Assembly: GCA_963782055.1 (NCBI GenBank)
Contig: CAWAIF010000003.1
Coordinates: forward strand, 6,272,001 to 6,336,000
Direction: 5' to 3'
DNA length: 64,000 nucleotides
Source of the DNA: an uncultured delta proteobacterium
Lineage (GTDB): Bacteria > Myxococcota_A > Polyangia > Polyangiales > Polyangiaceae
Part shown: piece after piece, positions 27,108-36,924 of the stretch
How positions within the stretch are numbered: the first letter of the stretch is position 1
Layout of the letters: each line of letters opens with the position of its first letter
Translations under genes and position numbers: made by a program
Notes under the pieces: generated by a model
Told to the model about the DNA's origin: nothing
Seen by the model: the letters and a program-made list of their open reading frames with translations, nothing else
Databases searched by the model: none

Positions 27108-29036
27108 TCAGAAGCGGACCGTCAGCTCCGCCCGCGCGCCCTCGTACGCGGGGAAGAAGCGGCACACCCCGCTCACGCACTTCAGGCCCGGGCGCTGCTG
27201 GCCGACGAGCACCTTCAGGTTGGAGTCCGCCGTGAAGCGGTACAGCACCCCCGCGTTGATGTAGAGCCAGGGCGGGTAGCCGTAGGTCGGCGGCAGGTTC
27301 TTCGTCGTGTACTCGATGCCCTGCGTGATGACCCACTTGGGGGCGATCTTGAGGGCGGTGTAGTTCTCCCCCTCGACCCAGTACTGCGGCGCGCTGGTGC
27401 CCTGGAAGTTCTGGTTGTCCTCCCAGCGCACGCGGTGGCGGCCCGTCAGCTCCACCGAGATGGGGCCCTTGATGTGCTTGGAGAAGGTGTAGGTGATCTC
27501 CGACTGCCGGTAGAAGGGCTCGCCGGTGGCCTTCACGTCGTTGCGCGCGCCGATGGTCGCGTACAGGTAGCTCGTGTTGTCGTCGAAGTCGTACTGGATG
27601 CCGGAGAGGCCGTCGAAGACCTGGTTCTCGTACTCCCGCGGGTCCTGCCCCGCGGGCACGATGATGCTGCCGTCGCGGGTGCAGCGCGCGTTTTGCTCGG
27701 TCTTCGTGTAGGCGTAGATGCCCTGCAGGTAGACGAGCATGTCCTTCGAGACGCGCACGTCACTGCGGATGCGCCCGCCATCGACGCAGGCGTTGAAGAA
27801 GCCGTACTGGTTGTCCTGGGTGATGACCTCGGTCGTGGGCGTCGTGGCGTAGAAGACGTTGCTGAAGGCGGAGGCCTTCGTCGCGTTGAGCGAGGCGTCC
27901 ACGCTGTAGAAGTTGCGGTTGCTCTTGAGCTCGACGGTGTTGGTCACAGGGCCCACGCTGCCGGAGTACGCGGCGTAGATGGCGTTGCCCTGGTCGTCCA
28001 TGCTCGGGTCGAGCGCGCTGCGGTTCTGGATCGCGCCGACGACGTAGAGGTTCCCCAGCGGGCCGAGCTTCGGCACCTCCATGCTCTGCGCGACGGTGGT
28101 GGTGGACTGCGACTGCCGGGTGCGGCTGGTGTTGTCGGCGATGGAGTCCAGCCACGTCGCCTCGTAGCCGGCGTCGCAGTAGCCGATCTCGCGCAGCAGC
28201 GGCCCCTCGTCGTAGATGCGCGAGGTGCCGGCGTAATACTGGTAGGGCGCGCAGCGGGTGAAGTTGGACGCGCTGGTCCCGAAGACGACGGGGCCGCCCT
28301 GGCCCCCCTTGATCTCCCCGGCGATGACGTGGTCGGAGCCGAAGACCGGGAACGGAAGGTTGGACTCGTAGGCCGGGTTGGTCGACGGCACCGTCTTGGA
28401 GAGGAAGAGCGAGCGCCCGGAGGGCTCGTCGATGCGCGATGGGTTCATGTACCCGCCGACGAGCGTGAAGGCGAAGGGGCCCTTGGTGATGGCGACCTTC
28501 GCCCCGCGCACGGTGGTGTCCAGGCCCAGGTCGTCCACCTTGCGGGCGGTGATGACCAGGCCGCGCGCGAGCTGGACGTAGGCGTCGCCCACGGTGAGCT
28601 CGACGCCCGGCGCGTTGTAGGTGACCCACATCTTCGCGGGGTAGATCGCGTTCTGGAAGCGCGTCAGGTCGTCCGACTGCACGCGCGAGGAGTCGGCGAA
28701 CTGGTCCATCGACGCGGGCGTGTTCCAGTAGACGACGGAGTCCAGCCGCAGGCCGACGGTGATCTTGTTCCAGATGAGCGAGGCGTTGAGCCGATTGAGC
28801 CACTGCCCCCACGGGCCGCCCCCGTCCACGTCCAGATCCTGCGGCGCCACGGTGAGGCCCAGCCCGCCGGCTGTCTGCACGCGCTGCGAGAGGATGGAGA
28901 CCTCGGTGACGTCGAGGGTGAGCGGCTTCTTCAGCAGCTTGGGCAGCTCGAGCGCGCGCGCGGGCGCAGGCCACACCGCCGCGGCCGTTGCCACGACGAG
29001 CGCGCATACCCCCCGGCATGCCCTCGCCAGCCTCAC
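27108..29036 (-). CDS. Outer-membrane beta-barrel protein (resembles DUF6029)
   Basis: Signal peptide; VGDAYVQLARGL; C-terminus GQQRPGLKCVSGVCRFFPAYEGARAELTVRF. Confidence 0.65.
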   Translation of the reverse strand: MRLARACRGVCALVVATAAAVWPAPARALELPKLLKKPLTLDVTEVSILSQRVQTAGGLGLTVAPQDLDVDGGGPWGQWLNRLNASLIWNKITVGLRLDSVVYWNTPASMDQFADSSRVQSDDLTRFQNAIYPAKMWVTYNAPGVELTVGDAYVQLARGLVITARKVDDLGLDTTVRGAKVAITKGPFAFTLVGGYMNPSRIDEPSGRSLFLSKTVPSTNPAYESNLPFPVFGSDHVIAGEIKGGQGGPVVFGTSASNFTRCAPYQYYAGTSRIYDEGPLLREIGYCDAGYEATWLDSIADNTSRTRQSQSTTTVAQSMEVPKLGPLGNLYVVGAIQNRSALDPSMDDQGNAIYAAYSGSVGPVTNTVELKSNRNFYSVDASLNATKASAFSNVFYATTPTTEVITQDNQYGFFNACVDGGRIRSDVRVSKDMLVYLQGIYAYTKTEQNARCTRDGSIIVPAGQDPREYENQVFDGLSGIQYDFDDNTSYLYATIGARNDVKATGEPFYRQSEITYTFSKHIKGPISVELTGRHRVRWEDNQNFQGTSAPQYWVEGENYTALKIAPKWVITQGIEYTTKNLPPTYGYPPWLYINAGVLYRFTADSNLKVLVGQQRPGLKCVSGVCRFFPAYEGARAELTVRF

Positions 29037-29103
29037 GAGGCGAGATCATTACTTGGCCGCGGGGGCGAGGTCGAGACCTTAGCTACGCCGCGCCGCGGCG
29101 TGG

Positions 29104-29706
29104 TCAATTGGCGGCGGTGGGCGGCCCTGCGGGCGCGGCGCTGGCGGCGGGTGGCGGCGCCGCGGAGGCGGCTAGCGTCTTGAGCACGTCCTGCTTCACC
29201 AGCACCTCGTCGCCGGGGTTGTAGCCCTCCCGGACGGCGACCACGCGACCGGCGCGGTTGATGATGACGCTGAGCGGCGCGCTCTTGCGCGGGTTGTAGA
29301 TGCTCGCGATGCGCGAGTCCTCGTCCAGCAGGACGGGGAAGGTCATCTGGTTGCGCTTGGCGAAGGCGGGCACGTCGGCGATGGTGTCCGGCCCGTCCAT
29401 CGACACGGCGACGACCAGGAAGCCCTGCGACTTGTAGTCGTCGTAGAGGCGCTGCAGGTGCGGCATCTCGGCGAGGCACGGCTGGCACCACGTCGCCCAG
29501 AAGTCGATGAGGATGACCTGCTTGCCGAGGTGATCGCTCAGGCGGAAGGTGTTGCCGTCGGCGTCCTGCGTGGTGAAGTCGGTGGCCGCGGAGCCGCCCT
29601 TGACGTCCCCCGAGCCGTCGCTCGCGCTCTTGACGTCCTCGCCACAGCCCAAAATGAGCGCGAGCGCCACGAGGGCGCCCGCGCGGACGATGCTGTCTCT
29701 GGTCAT
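29104..29706 (-). CDS. TlpA/ResA-family thiol-disulfide oxidoreductase lipoprotein
   Basis: Lipobox ILGC; DFWATWCQPCLAEMP. Confidence 0.88.
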   Translation of the reverse strand: MTRDSIVRAGALVALALILGCGEDVKSASDGSGDVKGGSAATDFTTQDADGNTFRLSDHLGKQVILIDFWATWCQPCLAEMPHLQRLYDDYKSQGFLVVAVSMDGPDTIADVPAFAKRNQMTFPVLLDEDSRIASIYNPRKSAPLSVIINRAGRVVAVREGYNPGDEVLVKQDVLKTLAASAAPPPAASAAPAGPPTAAN

Positions 29707-29728
29707 GAGTCCGGAAGGAGCGTGGGGC

Positions 29729-30490
29729 TCACTGCTTCGGCGGGTTCGCCGACTCCCAGTTCACCCACGTGAGAACCTCCTGGTCGAGCGAGGGGTTGAA
29801 GCCCACGCCGGCGTCCAGGATCTCCATCGAGCGGGCGTCGATGTTGGCGTTGAAGGGGACCGCTGCTGCGTCGAAGAAGACGCCGAGGTTCTTCACGCCG
29901 GGATCGAGCATCTCGGTGAAGTTGGAGTTGTGGTTGTTGATCCAGATGTTGAGGTCGTTGAGGGTGGCGCCGGTGCCGGTGACCGCGCCGTCGGAGAGCG
30001 CCTGCACGAAGACGACGCCCTTGTCCGCGAGCTCCGCCGCGAAGCCAGGCGCGCCGCTCTTGCCGGAGATGGCGTCCGTCTCCTGGTTGCAGGGCCCGCA
30101 CCACACCGCCGCGACGGTGATGTGGATCACCTTGATGCCGGTGCCGTTCGGCCCGAGCTTGCCGTCGGGGTCGAAGTACTGGGCGAGCGAGATGGTCTTC
30201 GTCCCGTTGGACGTGTCCACCTTCTGCGCGGTGTTGTCCCAGGGGTAGCCGACGAAGGTGAAGTTGCGGATGCGGTTGCCCGGCGTCGTGCCCTTGCGCG
30301 CCGAGGTGCCGAGGTCGGCTGTCGGGTAGCAGGTGCCGTAGGGGTTCTGGTCGGCGGTACCGCAGGTGCCCGTGTTGTTGTCGTTGGTGATCCCCTTGTC
30401 GGGATCGATGGGCGGGGGAGAGGAGCTGCAGCCCACGGTGGAGAAGGAGCTGACGAGCACGGCGGACAGGGCGAGAAGGAGAGGCTTCAT
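29729..30490 (-). CDS. Thioredoxin-fold lipoprotein
   Basis: Lipobox TVGC; AAVWCGPCNQE; cis-Pro loop AVPFN. Confidence 0.75.
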   Translation of the reverse strand: MKPLLLALSAVLVSSFSTVGCSSSPPPIDPDKGITNDNNTGTCGTADQNPYGTCYPTADLGTSARKGTTPGNRIRNFTFVGYPWDNTAQKVDTSNGTKTISLAQYFDPDGKLGPNGTGIKVIHITVAAVWCGPCNQETDAISGKSGAPGFAAELADKGVVFVQALSDGAVTGTGATLNDLNIWINNHNSNFTEMLDPGVKNLGVFFDAAAVPFNANIDARSMEILDAGVGFNPSLDQEVLTWVNWESANPPKQ

Positions 30491-30782
30491 GGTGGTCCCT
30501 CGACGATGGGCTGGAAGCTCAGCCTACCCCTCGCCTGGCGGAAATCAAGGCGCGCGAGCGCTATCGAGTGCTCCTGCGCCGCGTGACTTCGTTGGTGTTC
30601 TTGCGGCGTGAAAATTCTCCAGCCAGCGCGGAGGCAGGCGCACTGCGTCATGCGGGCCGCCAGAGCGCGGCGCACTTGCTTCGCCGCGGCCGGTAGACCC
30701 AGTATAAGCAGCGTCAGGTCCTTCGGGTCGCCGGCCCGCGCCCGCGCGCGGAGGACCTCACACCAGCGCTTAGGAGCCCCGC

Positions 30783-31907
30783 ATGTCCACGACCGCCTCT
30801 CGCCTCGCTGCCTCGTTCGCCATGGGAGCGACCGTCGCGCTCTGGTTCGGCTGCTCCAGCACGCCGCCCGCCGCCGTCTGCGACAGCAGCACGTGCCTCC
30901 AGGGCAACACGTGCATCACCGGGTTCGCCACCTACGAGGACGAGCAGAACAACACCCCCGACACCAAGTGCCGGCTCCAGTGCAGCGCGCCGGAGGACTG
31001 CCCCTTCGACTACCACTGCGTGGCGGGCGGGAAGATGCAGGACGGCGGCGGCGACGCGAGCTACTGCGAGAAGGACAAGAAGGAAGACTTCCTCCCCGGT
31101 GACGGCTACTTCACCAAGGGCCCGGGCGTCTGGGGCGACAAGTGCGACCCCACCAAGGGCTTCGACCAGAACCCCGACTGTGACACGGGGCAGAGCTTCT
31201 GGTGCTACGGGACCTCGCCGACCGACGGCAACTCCTACTGCACGCAGTACCAGTGCGGTGACGACAGCGACTGCCCCGGCGGCTGGTGGTGCGCCACGGT
31301 CAACGACACGCCCAGCGTGACCGCGGTCAAACGCGCGGTGCCGGGCGGGTGGGGCGCCGACCACACCACCTCGGTGTGTATGCCCCGCGTCTACAACGTG
31401 AACCCGGGCACGTACTGCTCGCCCTGCAAGAGCGACCTGGACTGCCCCCTCAACACCGGGATCAAGCAGCACTGCGCCACCACCGACCAGGGCGACCAGG
31501 TGTGCGCCGTCGAGTGCCAGAGCGACAACAACTGCCCCTTCGACCAGCACTGCGGCTCGGTCGACGGCATCGACAGCAACGTGTGCCTGCCCAACGCCGG
31601 CACGTGCAAGCCGACCGGGGACTTCTGCTCGCCGTGCACGTCGGACAAGGACTGCGGGGGCGGCTTCTGCGTGCAGGCGGACTACTCCACCGAGCACTTC
31701 TGCACCGCGCCCTCGGGCACCACGTGCAAGGTCGTCAACAACGCGCTGCAGTCGACGTGCCCCGGCGCGGTCACCGGCGGCGCCGGGGTGACCTGCTCGT
31801 ACAACGCGCTCTTCACCTTCCCGCTCAACCAGTGCGTGGGTCTGTACAACTTCGGCAGCGGGGCGAACGCCAACAAGGTGTTCGGGTGCTGGACCCGCGC
31901 GCATTGA
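30783..31907 (+). CDS. Cys-rich repeat lipoprotein
   Basis: Lipobox WFGC; repeated C-x(3-5)-DCP-x-C modules. Confidence 0.75.
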   Translation: MSTTASRLAASFAMGATVALWFGCSSTPPAAVCDSSTCLQGNTCITGFATYEDEQNNTPDTKCRLQCSAPEDCPFDYHCVAGGKMQDGGGDASYCEKDKKEDFLPGDGYFTKGPGVWGDKCDPTKGFDQNPDCDTGQSFWCYGTSPTDGNSYCTQYQCGDDSDCPGGWWCATVNDTPSVTAVKRAVPGGWGADHTTSVCMPRVYNVNPGTYCSPCKSDLDCPLNTGIKQHCATTDQGDQVCAVECQSDNNCPFDQHCGSVDGIDSNVCLPNAGTCKPTGDFCSPCTSDKDCGGGFCVQADYSTEHFCTAPSGTTCKVVNNALQSTCPGAVTGGAGVTCSYNALFTFPLNQCVGLYNFGSGANANKVFGCWTRAH

Positions 31908-31983
31908 GAGGATGTGAGCTTCGCTCACACCCCTCTCACGACTGGTGGCAGGGGCGGCACGCGCCCCCCCTCCCCGCGCCCCT

Positions 31984-33024
31984 CTACCCTGCCTTGTCCT
32001 TGCGGGTCTGGACGAGGGCGGTCCACATCGCGCGGTCGTCGGTCATCGCGAGGGCCGTCCACAGCGCGCCCGCGCACGCCGCGAGCGCGCGCAGCGGCAC
32101 GTCGAACACGCCGCGGCCGAGCAGCACCAGCGCCAGCGAGCAGGTGACCGCGGCGAGCTGGCCGGTCTGCGCGATCGCCGCGAGCGCCAGCAGCACCGAG
32201 GCCACCGCGAAGAACGCCGCCAGCGACGACAGGCCGTAGGGCTCCGGCGGCGCGGGGTAGCCGAGGGCGGTGTGCAGCACGGTCTGCCACGTGGCCGCCT
32301 GCGCGTGCCGGCCCTGCCCGGCGCCCCAGACCAGCACGAAGGCGATCGCCAGCGCGACGGTGGAGGAGAGCTGGCTCGTCCAGCGGCCACGGGTGCCCAG
32401 CCAGGCGACCGCCGCCATCTGGCCGAGGCCCTCGAGCACCACGCCCGCGGTCGCGAAGCCGCGCGCCACGCTGTACGCGCGGAGGCTGTCGCCGGCGAAG
32501 TAGGCGATCTGCCAGCCGACGAGGCGCACCAGCCCCGCGAGCGCCAGCGACGCGAGCACCAGGGAAAGCGCCCGGGTGTGTGGCGCGCGCACCCCCGCCG
32601 CCGCGCCCGCGCCGGCCACGACGCACGTGCCGACGACCATCAGGATCGTCCCGATGGGGCTGAGCGGCCGTACGAACGCCGGCACCACCATGAAGGTGAC
32701 GAGCGTGGCGCCCGCGATGAGCGGGCCGCGCACGAACCCGGAGATCCGCGAGGGCCGCGTCAGGTCCACGGCGCCGGTGACGATCAGCCCGACGAGCAGC
32801 AAGCCCATCGTGTACGAGCCGATGCTGGACACGCGCTCCCAGCGGGTGATCACCGCGTCGGAGGCGTTGCCGCGCAGGCCGGGGAGGATGATGCCGCCGA
32901 GCAGCGCGGCGAGCACCGCGACGAGCGCCGCGGCGCGGAGAAGCCACGCGCTGCGCAGGGCCGGCGCCGCCATCCGGGCGTACGACTCGGGCGAGCGCGA
33001 GCTCGGGACCGAACCATCCTGCAT
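31984..33024 (-). CDS. Multi-pass membrane protein of unknown function
   Basis: About 10 hydrophobic segments. Confidence 0.7.
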   Translation of the reverse strand: MQDGSVPSSRSPESYARMAAPALRSAWLLRAAALVAVLAALLGGIILPGLRGNASDAVITRWERVSSIGSYTMGLLLVGLIVTGAVDLTRPSRISGFVRGPLIAGATLVTFMVVPAFVRPLSPIGTILMVVGTCVVAGAGAAAGVRAPHTRALSLVLASLALAGLVRLVGWQIAYFAGDSLRAYSVARGFATAGVVLEGLGQMAAVAWLGTRGRWTSQLSSTVALAIAFVLVWGAGQGRHAQAATWQTVLHTALGYPAPPEPYGLSSLAAFFAVASVLLALAAIAQTGQLAAVTCSLALVLLGRGVFDVPLRALAACAGALWTALAMTDDRAMWTALVQTRKDKAG

Positions 33025-33142
33025 CAGAGACTCACCGTCGGCTGCACGCTTCCTTGCGCTCCCGCGAACGCCGCCGCGGCGCGCGGGGCGCGGAGGAGCC
33101 TACCCGCTTTGACCGGGCGCCTCCAACGCGGTTTTTGGTTGC

Positions 33143-34885
33143 TCACCCGTCGTGCGCCGGCCGCACGAGGAGAAGGCCCTCGCGGGTGTCGTTCATCCCG
33201 GGCGGCGGGGCGCCGCGCTCACGCGGGTTGCCCGCGGGCGTCGGCGTGACGGGCGACGGGTTCTGGCCCGGCAGCGGGCCGGGCGCCACCTTCAGGATGA
33301 AGGGCCGCGCGTTCATCGTGGAGCATGCGTAGATCTCGTCGCGGTGGAACTCCCAGTGGAGGTACACGCGCCCGTCGGGGGAGATGATCGCGGAGGGCGC
33401 CGGACCGAAGGGCGAGGCGCGCTCCACCGAGTCGAGCGCGGCGATGTCGAACGCCGTCACCCCGCTGGTCTTGACCACGCCCATGCGCACCAGGTGGCCG
33501 TCCCTGGAGAGCACGATCTCCAGCCGGGTGATGAGGTGCTGATCGTTGAGCGGGTTGCCCGGCGGCAGGCTGTCCAGCGAGAGCAGGAAGCTGTCGGCGA
33601 AGATGGGGTGGATGCGGTTGTGCATCGAGTTCAGGTACGTGGCGAAGGGCACCGCGGCGGTGTTGAGCGCCGTCTGGTTGCCGGGCTTCACGCTCGTCAC
33701 GTAGTTCTCGATGGCGCTGCGCCAGCGCTGGAAGTTGGAGGCCTGCCAGGACCCGCGGTGCTCGCTCTTGCGGCGCGCCCCGTCCGCCTCGCGCTCGCGA
33801 CGAAGCTCGTCCTTACCGACGACGGCGACCACGCCGTGGTTGTTCAGGTTCAGGTTCACCTGACCCGGCTGCGCGCGGCCACCGAGGCCGTAGGTGCGGC
33901 GGCCCGCGACGGGCGGCGGGAGCTTGCGGCTCGCCGAGCCCGGCCCGGTGCGCTGGCGATCCCCCTCGCCGGGGGTGCGCGCGATGTTGAACGTCCAGCT
34001 GCCGTTGTCGGCCGACTGCAGGTCGGGCGAGGGAGGTGCGGTGTTGCCCGGCGCGAGGTCCGGCGGGGGCTGCACCTGCTGCTCGCTGCCGCGCGGCTTG
34101 CCGTCCCCGCCGGAGCGGGGCGTCGCCTGGGAGGGGGGCGCGATCATGGCGACGGGACCCATCGGCCTGTCGGGGGGCGGGTCGTGCTGGATGTCGAACT
34201 CGGTGCCGCGCTCGCCGGGCGCGCGCCTGTCGTCGCCCTTGTGCGCGTCGGCCTCGGCGATCTTCGTCTGGTTGCTGTCGCCGGGGTTCTGGTCGGGGTT
34301 GGAGTGGACGCCGCTCGGGGTGGGGTTCTCGTCGTCGCGGTCGTGCGAGGTGAGGGTGGCGACCGTCTCCTTGTCGACGTGGTTGGCCTGGTCGGCGATG
34401 AAGTGCGCCTTCGAGTTGTCCGCCTGGTCCGGCTTGACGTGCTGGCGCACCGCGATGCGCTTGTCGGAGTGGAGCGGCGGCGGCGGCGCGACCTTCGCCG
34501 AGGGCTCGGGCTTCACCAGCGCGACCACCTTCTTCTCCGCCTGGGGCTTGGGGACGACCTTCTTCGGCTGGACGGGCTTGGCGGAGGCGACGGGCGGCGG
34601 CGGGTTGACCTTCGGCTTCTCGGTGGGGGCGGGGGGCGGCTCCGTCGGCACGGGCGGCGCGTCGGAGTGCGAGTCGTCCAGGGAGATCTCGACGGGCTTC
34701 TGGTGGGCGTCCACCTTGCCGCCGACGAGCTCGGCGAATGTCTCGAGGGCCTTGTGGTCCTCGTGCACCACCCCCACCTCGTAGCCGCCGACGGCGAGCC
34801 CAAAATGCAGCCACGCAGCGACGCTGCCCCAGAGGAACACCATCAAGGCGTAGGGGACGGTGCTTGTCTTCCCGTCGCGGTCCAT
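33143..34885 (-). CDS. TonB C-terminal domain protein
   Basis: N-terminal TM, Pro-rich spacer, C-terminal LEIVLSRDG...TSGVTAFDIAALDSVERASPFGPAP. Confidence 0.75.
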   Translation of the reverse strand: MDRDGKTSTVPYALMVFLWGSVAAWLHFGLAVGGYEVGVVHEDHKALETFAELVGGKVDAHQKPVEISLDDSHSDAPPVPTEPPPAPTEKPKVNPPPPVASAKPVQPKKVVPKPQAEKKVVALVKPEPSAKVAPPPPLHSDKRIAVRQHVKPDQADNSKAHFIADQANHVDKETVATLTSHDRDDENPTPSGVHSNPDQNPGDSNQTKIAEADAHKGDDRRAPGERGTEFDIQHDPPPDRPMGPVAMIAPPSQATPRSGGDGKPRGSEQQVQPPPDLAPGNTAPPSPDLQSADNGSWTFNIARTPGEGDRQRTGPGSASRKLPPPVAGRRTYGLGGRAQPGQVNLNLNNHGVVAVVGKDELRREREADGARRKSEHRGSWQASNFQRWRSAIENYVTSVKPGNQTALNTAAVPFATYLNSMHNRIHPIFADSFLLSLDSLPPGNPLNDQHLITRLEIVLSRDGHLVRMGVVKTSGVTAFDIAALDSVERASPFGPAPSAIISPDGRVYLHWEFHRDEIYACSTMNARPFILKVAPGPLPGQNPSPVTPTPAGNPRERGAPPPGMNDTREGLLLVRPAHDG

Positions 34886-35027
34886 GGACAACAGCCTCTC
34901 CCTTCCGAGAGCTGCGAGTACGCTAGCATTCCCCTGCCCCGGGGTCGATCGGCCCCCCCGGAGCGAGAGAACGTTGGCAAGCCAACGATGAAGCATCGCC
35001 CGTGCCGTGGACGCGGGCGGCCTCTGC

Positions 35028-36893
35028 CTACGGACCGCGCGATACCCGCAGGTTCTTCGCACGTGCCGGGCCACCTCGCAGCCCGACCGCGACGCGCACG
35101 CCCTGCGCCGGTCCGGCGGGGCACGCGCCCGCCGTGTCACCCCAGCGGTACGTCACGGTCGCGCCGCGGCGCTCCACGTGGAGCTTGGCGGGCAGCGCGA
35201 CCGCAGGAGTGGGGCAGGTCACGCCGCCGACCTCCACCTCGCGGCCATCGTCGCTGCGCAGCACGACGTGCGGCGCGCCGTCGGCCGGGGCGTCCACGTC
35301 GACGGTCACGTCCAGAAAGCGCGCGTCGGAGACGAAGACGCTCGCCCCGACGGGCAACGCGAGCCCGCTCGCCGAGTCGAAGACCATGCCGGCGAGCGAA
35401 GGCGCGCGGTCGGGCGAGAGCAGATCGGTCCCCGCCTGCGCGAGCAGCGTGGTCGTGTCCGTCGCGAAGGCGTTGCGGATGGAGAAGCGCCGGCCGGTCA
35501 CGCTCGCGTCGGAGTCGAGCCAGAGCAACAGACCAGGGTCCGGCGACGCGGTCGGCGCGCCGGCGGGCGGCCCCGCCGGGTCGAGTTGCGAGTCGGCCAG
35601 CACGTCGAAGCGCTCCTGCCACGGGTCCCAGCGCAGCCAACGGCCAGGCGTGCTCGCGTCCGGCTTCCCCGTCCAGAGCACCGGCCGGCCCTCCGCGCCC
35701 GGGAACAGGCGCGGGTCGGTGAGCGCGCCCTCCACCGCGTGCCCCGGCGCGACGGCGCGGTCGGCGGAGACGATCCACACGCTCTGGAAGTCGGCGGGAT
35801 CCGACGCGACGGGCGCGGCGACGTAGAGGGCGCCCCCGCCATCCAGCGCCACCGCCGCGTATCTGGGCCGCGCCGGGACCACCGCGCCGGAGGCGAGCGG
35901 CGTACGACCGTCGGCGGAGAAGAACTCCAGCGTCCCCACCGGCTGCGTCGCGGTGGCGTCCTGGAAGCCGCCCGCCACCATCACGGTGCCGTCCGCCAGC
36001 CGCACGACGACCGGACGCATGCGAGGCACGGCGAGCAGCGGCATGCCGGAGGCCGTGGCGCGCCGGTCCTGCGGGTCGACGCGCTCCAGCGAGGCGAGCA
36101 CCGAGCCGTCCGGACCCACGCCTCCCACCAGCAGCGTGTCGCCCGTCACGAGCTGCACCGCGCCGTGATCGTGACGCGCGACGCTCAGCGCGATGGGCTT
36201 GCCGTCGAAGTCGCCGACATTCGCGTCCCACACCTCCGCGTTGTCGAGAGCCGCGGCGGCGTCCTCCGCGCGCACGCCGCCCGCCACGAGCCCGCCGTCG
36301 CCGAAGGGCGTCACCGTCGCGCGCGCGCGGGGGGTGAGCAGCCCGCTCGGGAGCGCGGAGACGGTGCCGAGGTCCAGGTCGACGAGGTAGCTCGCCGGGG
36401 TCGCCTGCGCCGACGCGGTGCCTCCGGCGACGAGCACGCGCCGCGCCGAGATGGCGCCGACGTTGGGCGCCTGCGACGGCACGCAGCGGGTCGCGGTCTG
36501 CACACAAGCCGCGGCCGAGAGCGAGCACGCCTGGCCCGCAGGCCAGAGCAGCACGTCCACGTCTCCCTCGACCGGGACGCCGGTCACGCCGAGCCACGAC
36601 GCGCTGGTCCTGTCCACCACGTCCAGCGCGAGCGACCGCGTCTGGGCCGGGATGCCGTCCAGCGTGGCGCCCGGCTGCAGGAAGAGCTGCGCCTGCGCGG
36701 GCGTCGAGGGCGAGGGCTCGAAGTCGCCTGTGGCGTGGTAGACGCCGAAGGGCTGGTCCGGCGCAGGGCAGCGGGAGGACACGTGCACCGTCACCACGCG
36801 CGTCACGTCGCGGGTGCCCCCGCACGAGGCGCCGAGCGCCGCCGCGAGGGAGATCGCCCCGAGCCTCCACCCCCGCGCACCCGTCCTGCTCAC
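35028..36893 (-). CDS. Kelch/propeller-repeat lipoprotein (start approximate)
   Basis: Lipobox LGASC; repeated VLVAGG / LVAGG / LLVGG / VMVAGG Kelch motifs. Confidence 0.65.
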   Translation of the reverse strand: MSRTGARGWRLGAISLAAALGASCGGTRDVTRVVTVHVSSRCPAPDQPFGVYHATGDFEPSPSTPAQAQLFLQPGATLDGIPAQTRSLALDVVDRTSASWLGVTGVPVEGDVDVLLWPAGQACSLSAAACVQTATRCVPSQAPNVGAISARRVLVAGGTASAQATPASYLVDLDLGTVSALPSGLLTPRARATVTPFGDGGLVAGGVRAEDAAAALDNAEVWDANVGDFDGKPIALSVARHDHGAVQLVTGDTLLVGGVGPDGSVLASLERVDPQDRRATASGMPLLAVPRMRPVVVRLADGTVMVAGGFQDATATQPVGTLEFFSADGRTPLASGAVVPARPRYAAVALDGGGALYVAAPVASDPADFQSVWIVSADRAVAPGHAVEGALTDPRLFPGAEGRPVLWTGKPDASTPGRWLRWDPWQERFDVLADSQLDPAGPPAGAPTASPDPGLLLWLDSDASVTGRRFSIRNAFATDTTTLLAQAGTDLLSPDRAPSLAGMVFDSASGLALPVGASVFVSDARFLDVTVDVDAPADGAPHVVLRSDDGREVEVGGVTCPTPAVALPAKLHVERRGATVTYRWGDTAGACPAGPAQGVRVAVGLRGGPARAKNLRVSRGP

Positions 36894-36924
36894 GATCACG
36901 CGCGCAGTGTACAATGCAAGGAGC

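Noticed and set aside
33143..34885. Assignment to a gliding-motility Glt protein
   Set aside because: Only the TonB-like C-terminus is recognisable, and no agl/glt neighbours are present.
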